A DNA stretch of 64,000 nt from Kofleriaceae bacterium. GTDB lineage: Bacteria; Myxococcota_A; Polyangia; Haliangiales; Haliangiaceae. Shown piece by piece: positions 1 through 12,201 of this stretch (positions are counted from its first letter, which is position 1; each line of letters begins with the position of its first letter). The DNA lies in NCBI GenBank assembly GCA_965215005.1, contig CBDCCZ010000001.1:64001-128000 (forward strand), in the 5' to 3' direction. Both the position numbers and the translations under genes were made by a program. The notes beneath the pieces were generated by a model that did no database searches, was not told where the DNA came from, and saw only the letters and a program-made list of their open reading frames with translations.

Positions 1-462
1 CGCCAGCGGTTGGTTCAAGCCGTTGGGATCATCGGAGAGCTCGCGGGTGTTATCGAGCTCCGGCGAGCCCACGCGAACCTCGACATCGAGCTGTCGGTCG
101 ACATCGTCATCGCTGGACACCAAGGCCCCGCCTTCGGCCTCGATAGCGACCCGGCGCGTGTCATAGACGTAGTAGGCGAGGTAGTAGGCGGGATCGGTGG
201 CGCCGGCGAGCGTATCCATCCAGCGGCGGTTTTCGGCCACCATGTTGTCGAGGATTGGCGAGCGGGCCGCAGGAGTGTGCTCAGCATCGGGGGCCATGCG
301 CGCTGCATCGACCTTGGCTGGCACCTCGGGAAGGTTGAGGAACGCCCCGGCGCTGCCGGGGCCGGTATCCGTTGAAGTGGTCTTGGTTTGATTACTGGAC
401 CCGCAAGATGCAGCGAAGGCCGCGACGAGCGTCGCGGCCGCCCAGCGAAATCGGACGTGCAT
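1..462 (-). CDS. TldD/PmbA-like (peptidase U62-related) lipoprotein, 5' part; runs off the window edge
   Basis: Not in the ORF track; translated by hand from ATG at 462: MHVRFRWAAATLVAAFAASC (lipobox) ... DPAYYLAYYVYD ... LDVEVRVGSPELDNT, resembling the N-terminus of exported TldD-related proteins. Frame is open to position 1. Confidence 0.65.
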   Translation of the reverse strand, partial: MHVRFRWAAATLVAAFAASCGSSNQTKTTSTDTGPGSAGAFLNLPEVPAKVDAARMAPDAEHTPAARSPILDNMVAENRRWMDTLAGATDPAYYLAYYVYDTRRVAIEAEGGALVSSDDDVDRQLDVEVRVGSPELDNTRELSDDPNGLNQPLA

Positions 463-612
463 ACGCCAAAGCGTAGAGGCCGGCGTGACAGTCGTCAAAC
501 CACGTTCGTGCGGGAATATGCGGCTGCCGCGGCCGGTCTAGCATGCTGCGCCTCGGGCGGTTCCCGCGGCATCCGCCTCGCCGGCGCGGTGTAGGTGTGA
601 TTAGCCGCGTTG

Positions 613-2595
<1,983 letters not shown>

Positions 2596-2646
2596 GACGG
2601 TCGTTTAGCACGCGAGCCGCGCTCGAGGAAAGCCGCTCCGCCGCGG

Positions 2647-3303
2647 CTACGAGTCGCCGCGGGGCGCGAGCAGCTCGACGGTGGGCTCGATGTTCTTGCA
2701 GCAGGTGCGCGCGCCATCGATCGCCCGTACCGCGTCAGCCCACGGCAGCGACCGCGGCAACAGCAGCTGTATATCGGTCATGCCGTAGGCCTTCACGGCC
2801 TCACGGATGAGCTCGCGGGTGCCGGCTCGATCGACGTGTTTGCCATCGAGCTGGCCGGTGCACTTGGCCTCTTTGACCTGCGGCGGCGAGACGCAAAACT
2901 TGTTATCGCTGGTGACCGTCGCTTGAATGGCGCGAGCCTCGTCGACTTTTTGAGAGAGCTCGAACGCGTAGATGCGCCGGCGCTGGCCTACGAGGATGAC
3001 GGGCGTAGCGCCCTTCTCGCGGATGCGCTCGAGCAGCATCTCGACCTTGCCGAACGGAGCCTCCCGATCGACGGCCAGCCGAATCACCGGAGCATCGGGA
3101 AGGGTCACCGGTGTGCCAGCGCGAACCTCCACGGTGGCGCCCTCCGGCGCCGCAGACACGCCGGTGGCCTGGGCCAACAGCGCGTCACCGACCTTGGCGG
3201 GTTCCGGGGCATCGCACGCCGTCGCGAGTGCGATGGCCACGAGGCCAACGCGAGCGACGACACCAGAGGAGCGAGCACGAAGGCGCGACGGTAGCAGACT
3301 CAC
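2647..3303 (-). CDS. Hypothetical lipoprotein with two ExbD/TolR-like periplasmic segments
   Basis: Lipobox ALATAC; IRLAVDREAPFGKVEMLLERIREKG and LLLPRSLPWADAVRAIDGAR resemble the ExbD C-terminal domain. Confidence 0.55.
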   Translation of the reverse strand: MSLLPSRLRARSSGVVARVGLVAIALATACDAPEPAKVGDALLAQATGVSAAPEGATVEVRAGTPVTLPDAPVIRLAVDREAPFGKVEMLLERIREKGATPVILVGQRRRIYAFELSQKVDEARAIQATVTSDNKFCVSPPQVKEAKCTGQLDGKHVDRAGTRELIREAVKAYGMTDIQLLLPRSLPWADAVRAIDGARTCCKNIEPTVELLAPRGDS

Positions 3304-3388
3304 CTCATTGAGGTACCACGCAGCAGCGCCCTCGCCAAATACGACGCGGCGGGATCGTGACGCGGAAGTGGGGCCGCTTCCGTTGCTG

Positions 3389-4774
<1,386 letters not shown>

Positions 4775-4986
4775 GAGGTGTTCTCCAAAGCATCGTTCGC
4801 GAAACGTGAACGCTTGGCCGAAATCGACGACCTAGCGGCGACCTGAGAAGCAGCTCAGCGCACGTCGGGCTGATGGAGAACTGTGCCTAGAAACCACATA
4901 AAGATGTCTGCCACCTTATAGTATGGCGCCCGAGCGAAGTAAAGAAGAGCGTCTGCGGGCTCGTCGCCGTGGGAGGCGGCAGCGAG

Positions 4987-5403
4987 TCAAGGCGTGTCAT
5001 CGGGCTCGGTGGTATGGGGGCCGGTGACGGTGTGATTGCACTCGGTATCGGCGTCGGCGGTGACCTGCGAGCGCAGGGCAAGGGTGTGATCGATCCACAC
5101 TCGCTGGACCTCGGGATCGACGCGATGCGCCGCCATGACATTTTTGAGGATCTGTAAGCGCCGCTCGAAGTGACCGCCGAGGATCGGTGAGCGGGCGTGG
5201 GCTTGGCGCATGGAGCGGCCGGTGTACGGCACGTCGGCGCCGAGAAACCGCGCCGCCAGCTCCCATTCCTTTTGGATCAGGCGCTCTTTGTCTTTGCCCC
5301 AGAAGAGAAATCCGATCATCACGTCTGCAAAGACGCGATCGTAGAAATCGCCGATCACCGCACGCAGTGCCTCGGGACCGATCTTGTCGTACGGAATGCT
5401 CAT
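4987..5403 (-). CDS. Group I truncated hemoglobin
   Basis: YDKIG...VIGDFYDRVFAD...FLF, FLGADVPYTGRSMRQAH (proximal His), GHF. Start overlaps the upstream stop (ATGA). Confidence 0.88.
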   Translation of the reverse strand: MSIPYDKIGPEALRAVIGDFYDRVFADVMIGFLFWGKDKERLIQKEWELAARFLGADVPYTGRSMRQAHARSPILGGHFERRLQILKNVMAAHRVDPEVQRVWIDHTLALRSQVTADADTECNHTVTGPHTTEPDDTP

Positions 5404-7559
5404 GAGTTGGCTCTACTCGCAGAAGAGCTCGATGTCGATCTAGCCACTTCAACAGGTACGCCCGAGAAGCTGGCATTACCAGACAGACGATCAACGAATT
5501 CTTCGTCGGTAATATCGTTGAGGCTCACCCCGGCATGCGCGGCGGCGACCGAGAGACTCACGCCTTCGCGGTCGTGTCCCCAGCCGTGGGGCAAGCTCAC
5601 GACGCCTTGCATGACATCGTCCGTGAGCTCGGCAGCCACGTGCAGCTCACCGACGCGCGAGCGCACACTGACTGTGTCGCCTTCGCCAATGCCGCGCACG
5701 GCAGCATCCTCCGGATGCATGAGCAGCGTGCAGCGCGGCTTGCCCTTCATGAGTCGGCGGCTGTTGTGCATCCACGAGTTGTTGCTGCGCAGATCGCGGC
5801 GGCCGATGAGCCGCAGCGCGGGCTCGGCATCGGCGTGGGCGAGCCAGGAATCGAGCCGCTTGAGATCTTCGATGAAGGCCTCGGGAGCAAGCTCGATGCG
5901 GTTGTCGCGGGTGAATAGCCGCTCGGGCAAGCGCGGCTCGAGCGGGCCGAGGTCGATGCCGTGCGGCTGCTTGCGCAGCGTCGCCAGCGACAAACCGCGG
6001 CTCCTCCATGGCCCCACCCGCAGGCCGAGATCAATCATCGCGGCGGGGCCCAGTCGCTTACCCGCGGCCCGCAGTAGCGCCAACATCGGCCGCTCTAGCG
6101 TGTTGCCCATGCGGCTGGCCAGCTCGAGACAGATCTCCCAGTCGTGGCGCTCATCCGGCGCCCGGGTGCCGAGCTCATCGACCCATTTGGCGTGATTGCG
6201 CACGCTCACGAGATTGAACGCCAGGTCGTAGTGCGAGCGCTGCAGCGGCGACGTTGGCGGCAAGATGATGTTGGCGTGGCGCGTGGTCTCATTGCGATAC
6301 ATGTCGATGGAGACCATGAAGTCCAGGCCCGCCAACGCCGATTCGAGCCGCGCGCCGTTGGGAATCGACAGCACGGGATTGCCCGCGGAGGTGATCAACG
6401 CGCGGATTTGCCGCGGCCCCGGTTCCTCGATTTCGGCCGCTAGCGCCGCTACCGGCAACTCGCCACCGAACTCGGGCAGGTTGGCGGCGCGGCTGCGATA
6501 CCGGCCGAAGCTGCCGACGAAGCGACTACTTGCGGCCATGCCGATCAAGTCGATCGCTGGAGTCGTAAACATCGCTCCGCCCGGCTGATCGAAGTTGCCG
6601 GACACGATGTTGAGCACGTTGACGAGCCAGCCGCAGAGGCCGCCAAATTCCTGCGTGCTCACGCCAACGCGGCCGTAGCAGACCGCGCTGGGAGCCGTTG
6701 CGAAGTCTTTAGCAAGCTGGCGAATGATCTCGGCTTCGACACCCACCGCCGCGGCCACCGCATTGGGCGCATAGCGCGCGGCAATCGCTTCAATGTGCTC
6801 GAGGCCATCGGTGAACGCTGCGAGTCGCCCGAGTGCGACCAAGCCTTCGGCAAACAGCGTGTGCAAGATGGCGAGCAGCAGCAGCGCGTCGGTGCCCGGG
6901 CGGATGAAGAGGTGCTGGTCGGCAATGCGCGAGGTTTTGGTACGGCGCGGATCCACGACCACCAACCGGCCACCGCGGGCGCGCAATGCTTGCAAGCGCC
7001 GCTTGATGCCAGGAGCCGTCATGACGCTGCCGTTGGAGACCAAGGGATTGGCGCCGAGCATCAACAAAAATGAGGTGCGATCGACGTCGGGGACCGGCAA
7101 CAGGCCCTGGTGGCCAAACATGAGCAGGGAAGCGAGCATGTGCGGAAGCTGGTCCGCCGAGGTGGCCGAGTACATGTTGCGGGTTCCGAGCCGGCGAAGC
7201 AGTAGCTGCCCGAACGTGAGCAGCCCCAGCGAGTGCACCGTGGGATTGCCCTGATACACGCCGATACTGTCGCGGCCATGCTCGCGCTGGATGCGGCGCA
7301 ACGCGGCGGCGACCTCGTCAAATGCCTCGTCCCAACCAATGGCGGTCCAACCCGAAGCAGTGCGTCGCTGCGGTACGCGCAGGCGGTCGGGGTCTTCGTG
7401 TAGGTCTTTTAGAGCCGCTGCCTTTGGACAAATGTAGCCCTGGCTGAAGGGATCCTCTGCGTCGCCGCGAATGGACACGACGTGTTCGTCCCGCATTTCG
7501 ACCAGGATTCCACAGGTGGCTTCACAGAGAGGGCAGGTGCGTACATGCGTCGCGTGCAT
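5400..7559 (-). CDS. Molybdopterin (bis-PGD) oxidoreductase family protein, cytoplasmic
   Basis: N-terminal CPLCEATC...ICPK Fe-S motif, GANPLVSNGS, VVDPRRTKT, NETTRHA, SNNSWMHN, C-terminal MHPEDA and LPHGWG; no signal peptide. Confidence 0.92.
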   Translation of the reverse strand: MHATHVRTCPLCEATCGILVEMRDEHVVSIRGDAEDPFSQGYICPKAAALKDLHEDPDRLRVPQRRTASGWTAIGWDEAFDEVAAALRRIQREHGRDSIGVYQGNPTVHSLGLLTFGQLLLRRLGTRNMYSATSADQLPHMLASLLMFGHQGLLPVPDVDRTSFLLMLGANPLVSNGSVMTAPGIKRRLQALRARGGRLVVVDPRRTKTSRIADQHLFIRPGTDALLLLAILHTLFAEGLVALGRLAAFTDGLEHIEAIAARYAPNAVAAAVGVEAEIIRQLAKDFATAPSAVCYGRVGVSTQEFGGLCGWLVNVLNIVSGNFDQPGGAMFTTPAIDLIGMAASSRFVGSFGRYRSRAANLPEFGGELPVAALAAEIEEPGPRQIRALITSAGNPVLSIPNGARLESALAGLDFMVSIDMYRNETTRHANIILPPTSPLQRSHYDLAFNLVSVRNHAKWVDELGTRAPDERHDWEICLELASRMGNTLERPMLALLRAAGKRLGPAAMIDLGLRVGPWRSRGLSLATLRKQPHGIDLGPLEPRLPERLFTRDNRIELAPEAFIEDLKRLDSWLAHADAEPALRLIGRRDLRSNNSWMHNSRRLMKGKPRCTLLMHPEDAAVRGIGEGDTVSVRSRVGELHVAAELTDDVMQGVVSLPHGWGHDREGVSLSVAAAHAGVSLNDITDEEFVDRLSGNASFSGVPVEVARSTSSSSASRANS

Positions 7560-7584
7560 AGACCCGTTTATAATGAGTATCGGG

Positions 7585-9447
7585 ATGGATGCGAGCGTGA
7601 CGATGGCAACGACGGCGGAGGACAGCTCTCTTTACGATTGGCCTAAGGAGCTGCTGGGGGGCCACAAGCCAGTAGAATGGCTGTGGAAGTTCGATCTCGA
7701 CGCGCCTGCCGACAAGCTCTGGCCGCTCATCACCGATTCGTCGCGATTCAATCGCGCTCTCGGCTTGCCGGTGATGGAAATCGAGGAGAAAGGCGGCCTC
7801 CTGCGCGGTGCGTCGGTCAATGGCGGGGTGCGGCTCGAGTGGACGGAGCTGCCCTGGGATTGGGTGGCCAATCGCTTCGTGAGCCTCACGCGCATCTATC
7901 ATCGCGGCTTTGTCCGCGCGCTGCGCCTGGTCTGCCGACTCGAAGATCGCGGCGCGGGAACCCGGGTATTGGTGTATTGGGGCTGGGTTCCGCGCAGCCT
8001 GGTGGGAGTGGCCCTGCTGCGCGTAGGAATGCCCAAGATCGAACGCGCGTATCGCCGCGTGCTCTCTCGCCTCGAACGCGACGTGCAGCGGGGCGAGGCG
8101 ACAGCCTTGCTACCGCGACATCGCCCAGAGCTAACGGCGCCAGAAGAAGCTCGGCTCGAGAAGATTGCCGAGTCGCTCTACCGACAGCCAATTTCTCGCG
8201 AGCTCGCCCAGCGGCTGGTCGAGCATATTCGCGGTGGGGATGAGCTCGAGCTCGAGCGGATTCGCGTCCAAGCGTTGGCGCGGCAGTGGGACGCCTCGCG
8301 CGAGGCGCTGCTTCGGGTGTGTTTGCACGCCACGCGGCTCGGTCTCCTCGAAATGAGCTGGGATGTCATTTGTCCGCATTGTCGAGGTGTCCGAGCGCAG
8401 GCGCCGCACCTAGGCGAGCTGCCGCCGCAAGGCATGTGCGACGTTTGTCGCATCGACTTCACCACCGACCGGCCAAGCGCTGTCGAGATAACGTTTCACG
8501 TGCACGCGTCGGTGCGGCAGATTCCCAAGCGGTTCTATTGCAGCGCCGAGCCGGCGACGAAGCGTCACATGCTTCTGCAACACGCGATAGCGCCTGGCGC
8601 CAAGGCTCAGCTCGCGACGCGACTCGAGCCGGGAACCTATCGAGCGCGGATGCGCGGGCAGCTCAGTAGCGGAGTGCTCGAGATCGACGCCTCTGTGCCC
8701 GAGACGCGGGTGTCGTGGCTGGCTTCACAGCGAGCACCCGCGCTACACGCCGGCATTGCGCCGGTGCTGGAGCTTCGCAACGACACCGCGCAAGAGCAGC
8801 TGTTCGTGGTCGAGAGAGTGAGCGAAGAGGAGGATGCTCTCCGGCCGGCGGCGCTGTTTGCTTTACAAGACTTTCATGATCTCTTCTCCGAAGAGTATCT
8901 ATCTACTGATGTGCAGCTACACGTTGGCGAACAAACGATTTTGTTCACTGATATCGTCGGATCGACCGTCTTTTACCGCCGTCGTGGCGATCCGGCGGCG
9001 TTCGTCGAGGTCAAAAAGCACTTCGCTCGCATCTTTGGTGCCGTGGCCGAGCATCACGGCGCGGTCATCAAAACCATCGGAGATGCGGCGATGGCTGCCT
9101 TCGCGGCTCCGCTCGATGCGGTACGTGCTGCGCACGCCATTGCCTGCAGCTTTGATGAGGAAGCCACGGTGCGGGTTCGAGTCTCCGTGCATACCGGCCC
9201 TTGCATCGCGGTGAACCTCAACACGCGTATCGACTACTTTGGCAGCACCGTCAATTTAGCTGCCAAGCTACAATCATGCGCCAACGCTGGCGACATTGCG
9301 CTGTCGGAGCGCGTGGTTGCCGCGGCCGGCGTGAGCGAGTTTCTGCGCGCGAACGACGCCATCATCGAACAGCGCAGCTACCGCTCGGAAGCCTTCGAAG
9401 ACGGCATCGACGTGAGCTGCTGGCGCACCGATGCAACGCGGTGCTGA
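7585..9447 (+). CDS. Class III adenylate/guanylate cyclase with SRPBCC-like N-terminus and DUF5939-like middle domain
   Basis: ILFTDIVGST, VIKTIGDAAMA, DYFGSTVNLAAKLQ; CPHC...CDVC zinc knuckle. Start uncertain (7573/7585/7603); the track start overlaps the divergent gene. Confidence 0.88.
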   Translation: MDASVTMATTAEDSSLYDWPKELLGGHKPVEWLWKFDLDAPADKLWPLITDSSRFNRALGLPVMEIEEKGGLLRGASVNGGVRLEWTELPWDWVANRFVSLTRIYHRGFVRALRLVCRLEDRGAGTRVLVYWGWVPRSLVGVALLRVGMPKIERAYRRVLSRLERDVQRGEATALLPRHRPELTAPEEARLEKIAESLYRQPISRELAQRLVEHIRGGDELELERIRVQALARQWDASREALLRVCLHATRLGLLEMSWDVICPHCRGVRAQAPHLGELPPQGMCDVCRIDFTTDRPSAVEITFHVHASVRQIPKRFYCSAEPATKRHMLLQHAIAPGAKAQLATRLEPGTYRARMRGQLSSGVLEIDASVPETRVSWLASQRAPALHAGIAPVLELRNDTAQEQLFVVERVSEEEDALRPAALFALQDFHDLFSEEYLSTDVQLHVGEQTILFTDIVGSTVFYRRRGDPAAFVEVKKHFARIFGAVAEHHGAVIKTIGDAAMAAFAAPLDAVRAAHAIACSFDEEATVRVRVSVHTGPCIAVNLNTRIDYFGSTVNLAAKLQSCANAGDIALSERVVAAAGVSEFLRANDAIIEQRSYRSEAFEDGIDVSCWRTDATRC

Positions 9448-9483
9448 AGGCTTCTTCACAAAGCTCGCGTACGGCGGCAGGCT

Positions 9484-10140
9484 TCAAAGAGTCGCTGCCC
9501 ATGCGGCGAGGGCGTCGGCGATCTCGTCGCGCGCCTGCGAGAGAGTGCGTCCAGAGCGCTTGCGCACCGCAAAGCTGTGATCGCCATCGTCGATGACGTG
9601 CAGCGTGGCGCGGCTGAGCTGAGCGCAGACGCCGCGGATCAGCGGCAGCTCCGCCAACGCGTCGCGAGTGCCCTGCAACATCAGCATGGGCACCCCGACC
9701 GCGGCTAGGTGGTCGGCACGCGCGACGCTCGGCTTGCGCGCTGGGTGCAGTGGAAAGCCCAGAAACGCCATTCCACGAACCTCGGCCATCGGCTCAATTG
9801 CGAGCAGTTGCGAGGTCATGCGACCGCCCATGGACTTTCCGCCGGCGATGATCGGCAGGCCGACTCGTGTAGCGGCGGTGAGGGCTGCGCGCACGGTCGC
9901 ATGAAGGAGCGGCGGTCGGCTGGGGAGCCGCGCGCCGGCTTCCATGTAAGGAAATTGATAACGCAGGGTCGCGATTTGCCGCTTCGCCAGGCGCGCGCTC
10001 AACTCTTCGAGAAACTCGTGTCGCATTCCTGCGCCGGCACCGTGCGCGAGCACGTAGAGCCAACGCGCGTCAGCTGGCAGGTTCCAGCACGTCGACACCT
10101 GGCCGGCATCGCCGAGGTCGAGGCGCGGCGGTGGTTGCAC
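9484..10140 (-). CDS. Alpha/beta hydrolase (KANL3/Tex30-like)
   Basis: LAHGAGAGM, GGKSMGGR nucleophile elbow, QGTRD, DGDHSF. Confidence 0.9.
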   Translation of the reverse strand: MQPPPRLDLGDAGQVSTCWNLPADARWLYVLAHGAGAGMRHEFLEELSARLAKRQIATLRYQFPYMEAGARLPSRPPLLHATVRAALTAATRVGLPIIAGGKSMGGRMTSQLLAIEPMAEVRGMAFLGFPLHPARKPSVARADHLAAVGVPMLMLQGTRDALAELPLIRGVCAQLSRATLHVIDDGDHSFAVRKRSGRTLSQARDEIADALAAWAATL

Positions 10141-10254
10141 GCCGGCAACCTACCATTGGTGCTGCGCGACTCCGGATGCTGCGCGCCGAACTGCGGATGG
10201 GCGCCGTATAGCGACGCACCTTGACAGCTCGATGCGTCGTGGGGAAAGTGACGC

Positions 10255-11115
10255 GTGGCGCCGACGCAGAGCACGCCCGAGGCGACATGGACCGCTTGCT
10301 CGACGCGCGATGCATCCGAGCTGGTCGGCCTGCCCGAGTCGGCGATACGCAGCTGCGTACGCGCTGGATTCCTTGAGATCGAGCCGAGCAGATTTCCGCT
10401 GCGCTTCTCGTTTCGCGAGCTCAAGCTACTGCGAGCGGTGAGTGCATTGGTGAGCGAAGGTGTGTCGCTGTCGCGGGTGCGGCGGCAGCTCGCGGCACTC
10501 AAGCAGCGGTTGGGCAATGCGCCGTTGGCCGAGCTTACGCTGTCGAGTCATGCGGGGCAGGTCATCGTGCGCGAGCGCGAGCTCATTTGGCGCGCCGACA
10601 GCGGCCAGCTCATTTTCGACTTCGTGCTAACGACCCCACCGGGGGTTTTGACGGCCCTGCCGGTGCGTCGTGAGGCAGTGGCGCCGGAGCCCATTGCGCT
10701 GCGCAGCGCTGATGAGTGGCTCGATCAGGCGAGCATGCTCGAAGAGGTCGATGTAACCGCCGCTGTGGCCGCCTATGGTCGTGCTCTAAAGCTGCGACCC
10801 GACTGCAGCGAAGGGTGGATCAACATGGGCCGGCTCCTCGCCGAGAGTGGCGAGAGCGAGCGTGCCACGCACTGCTTCGAGCGCGCGCTCGAGCTCAATC
10901 CGCGCGACGCGACGGCGCTCTACAATCTCGGTGTGGTGGCGCAAGACTCGAGCTGCGATGAGCGCGCCATCGAGCTCTATCGACGCGCTCTAGAGCTCGA
11001 GCCAACGTTGGCCGAGGCGCACTACAACCTGGCAACGCTGTTCGACCGCGGCGGCGATGCGCGCGCCGCCATTCGTCATATCAACGAATATCGCAAGCTC
11101 ACGCGCACTCGCTGA
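10255..11115 (+). CDS. MerR-like HTH plus tetratricopeptide repeat protein
   Basis: N-terminal [23 protein letters not shown]...[11 protein letters not shown]-terminal TPRs ([24 protein letters not shown]). Confidence 0.8.
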   Translation: MAPTQSTPEATWTACSTRDASELVGLPESAIRSCVRAGFLEIEPSRFPLRFSFRELKLLRAVSALVSEGVSLSRVRRQLAALKQRLGNAPLAELTLSSHAGQVIVRERELIWRADSGQLIFDFVLTTPPGVLTALPVRREAVAPEPIALRSADEWLDQASMLEEVDVTAAVAAYGRALKLRPDCSEGWINMGRLLAESGESERATHCFERALELNPRDATALYNLGVVAQDSSCDERAIELYRRALELEPTLAEAHYNLATLFDRGGDARAAIRHINEYRKLTRTR

Positions 11116-11235
11116 TGCGGCTCGCAAGCGGTTCTCGCCTTGGCTCAATGCTGGAGCCGGTCGCGTCACGACCGCCGCGGCCCGATTGAGTTTCATCCTT
11201 GACAGGCGCGGCGATGCGCGCGAAACCAAAGGCAC

Positions 11236-12201
11236 GTGCGGGGGGCACTCGTCATCATCGTCGCGGTCGCTGCGTGCTCGGGCGAGATCAGCGCAACGCT
11301 CGCGATCGATGCTGCAGACGCAGGTGTAGGTGGCGCCGTGATTCTTCGCGCGCCGGCCGACGGTGCGACGCTATTCCTCGATACTCTCGATGACGTCGGC
11401 AGCTTGGCCGCAGCCATCGACGTGGAGGTCGCAGCCAGCGGCGTGGACGAGCTGGCGATACTGGTCGATGGGCAGCTGCGCGTTGGCGAGCGAGTACTGC
11501 TGGCCGAAGGCCAGCACACCATTACCGTGGTTGGCCGCGATGTGGCAGGGGCGGTGGTTGGTATGGATACCGCTTCGGTCACGGTGACGGCGCCGGCGCT
11601 CGAACGTTGTCAGGATTGGCTTTCGCTCTATCAGCTGGATTTTTCGCCGGGGCCGGCTCGTGCGGGCGTCGCCGATCCAGTGACGGTGCGCGCGCCCATC
11701 AACGGGGTTCGCTATCGCTACTTGGCGGCGGAGACTCCACGCGAGTCGTTGTTCATGAGCTGCGAGTTGGCGCTGTCGCTAGCGCGGGCGGCTCCGCTTC
11801 TGCGCGCGCGGGACCTCGTCGAGGTGGTCGATCTGGGGATTTATAATTATCGCTGCATCGGTGGCGGCACTCCGCCCGACTGCCCGCGTGGAATGTCGCA
11901 GCATGCGTTGGCCAACGCTATCGACATCGCTGGCGTGGTAGACGCGGCGGGGCAATCTCATTCGGTGCTCGAGGACTGGCAGATCGATACCGAAGGCACC
12001 TGCGTCGCGGCGACCGAACCGGGTAGCGACACGCTGCTGCACGAGCTGATTTGCGCGCTGAAGGCGGCTGGGGTGTGGAACATCGTGCTCACGCCCAACT
12101 ACAACGCCGACCATCGCGATCATTTTCACGTCGACTTGACGGAAGATGGCGACTTCTTGCGCCATCGCCGCCCCGTCGACCACGGCCCCGACCACCACTG
12201 A
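11236..12201 (+). CDS. Extensin-like C-terminal domain lipoprotein (M15/LAS-type Zn motif)
   Basis: Lipobox VAAC; GIYNYRCI, SQHALANAID, VLTPNYNADHRDHFHVD. Confidence 0.82.
   Translation: MRGALVIIVAVAACSGEISATLAIDAADAGVGGAVILRAPADGATLFLDTLDDVGSLAAAIDVEVAASGVDELAILVDGQLRVGERVLLAEGQHTITVVGRDVAGAVVGMDTASVTVTAPALERCQDWLSLYQLDFSPGPARAGVADPVTVRAPINGVRYRYLAAETPRESLFMSCELALSLARAAPLLRARDLVEVVDLGIYNYRCIGGGTPPDCPRGMSQHALANAIDIAGVVDAAGQSHSVLEDWQIDTEGTCVAATEPGSDTLLHELICALKAAGVWNIVLTPNYNADHRDHFHVDLTEDGDFLRHRRPVDHGPDHH

Noticed and set aside
4775..4986. Possible riboswitch in the long leader of kamA
   Set aside because: No lysine, SAM or other aptamer consensus recognised; an Rfam scan would settle it.
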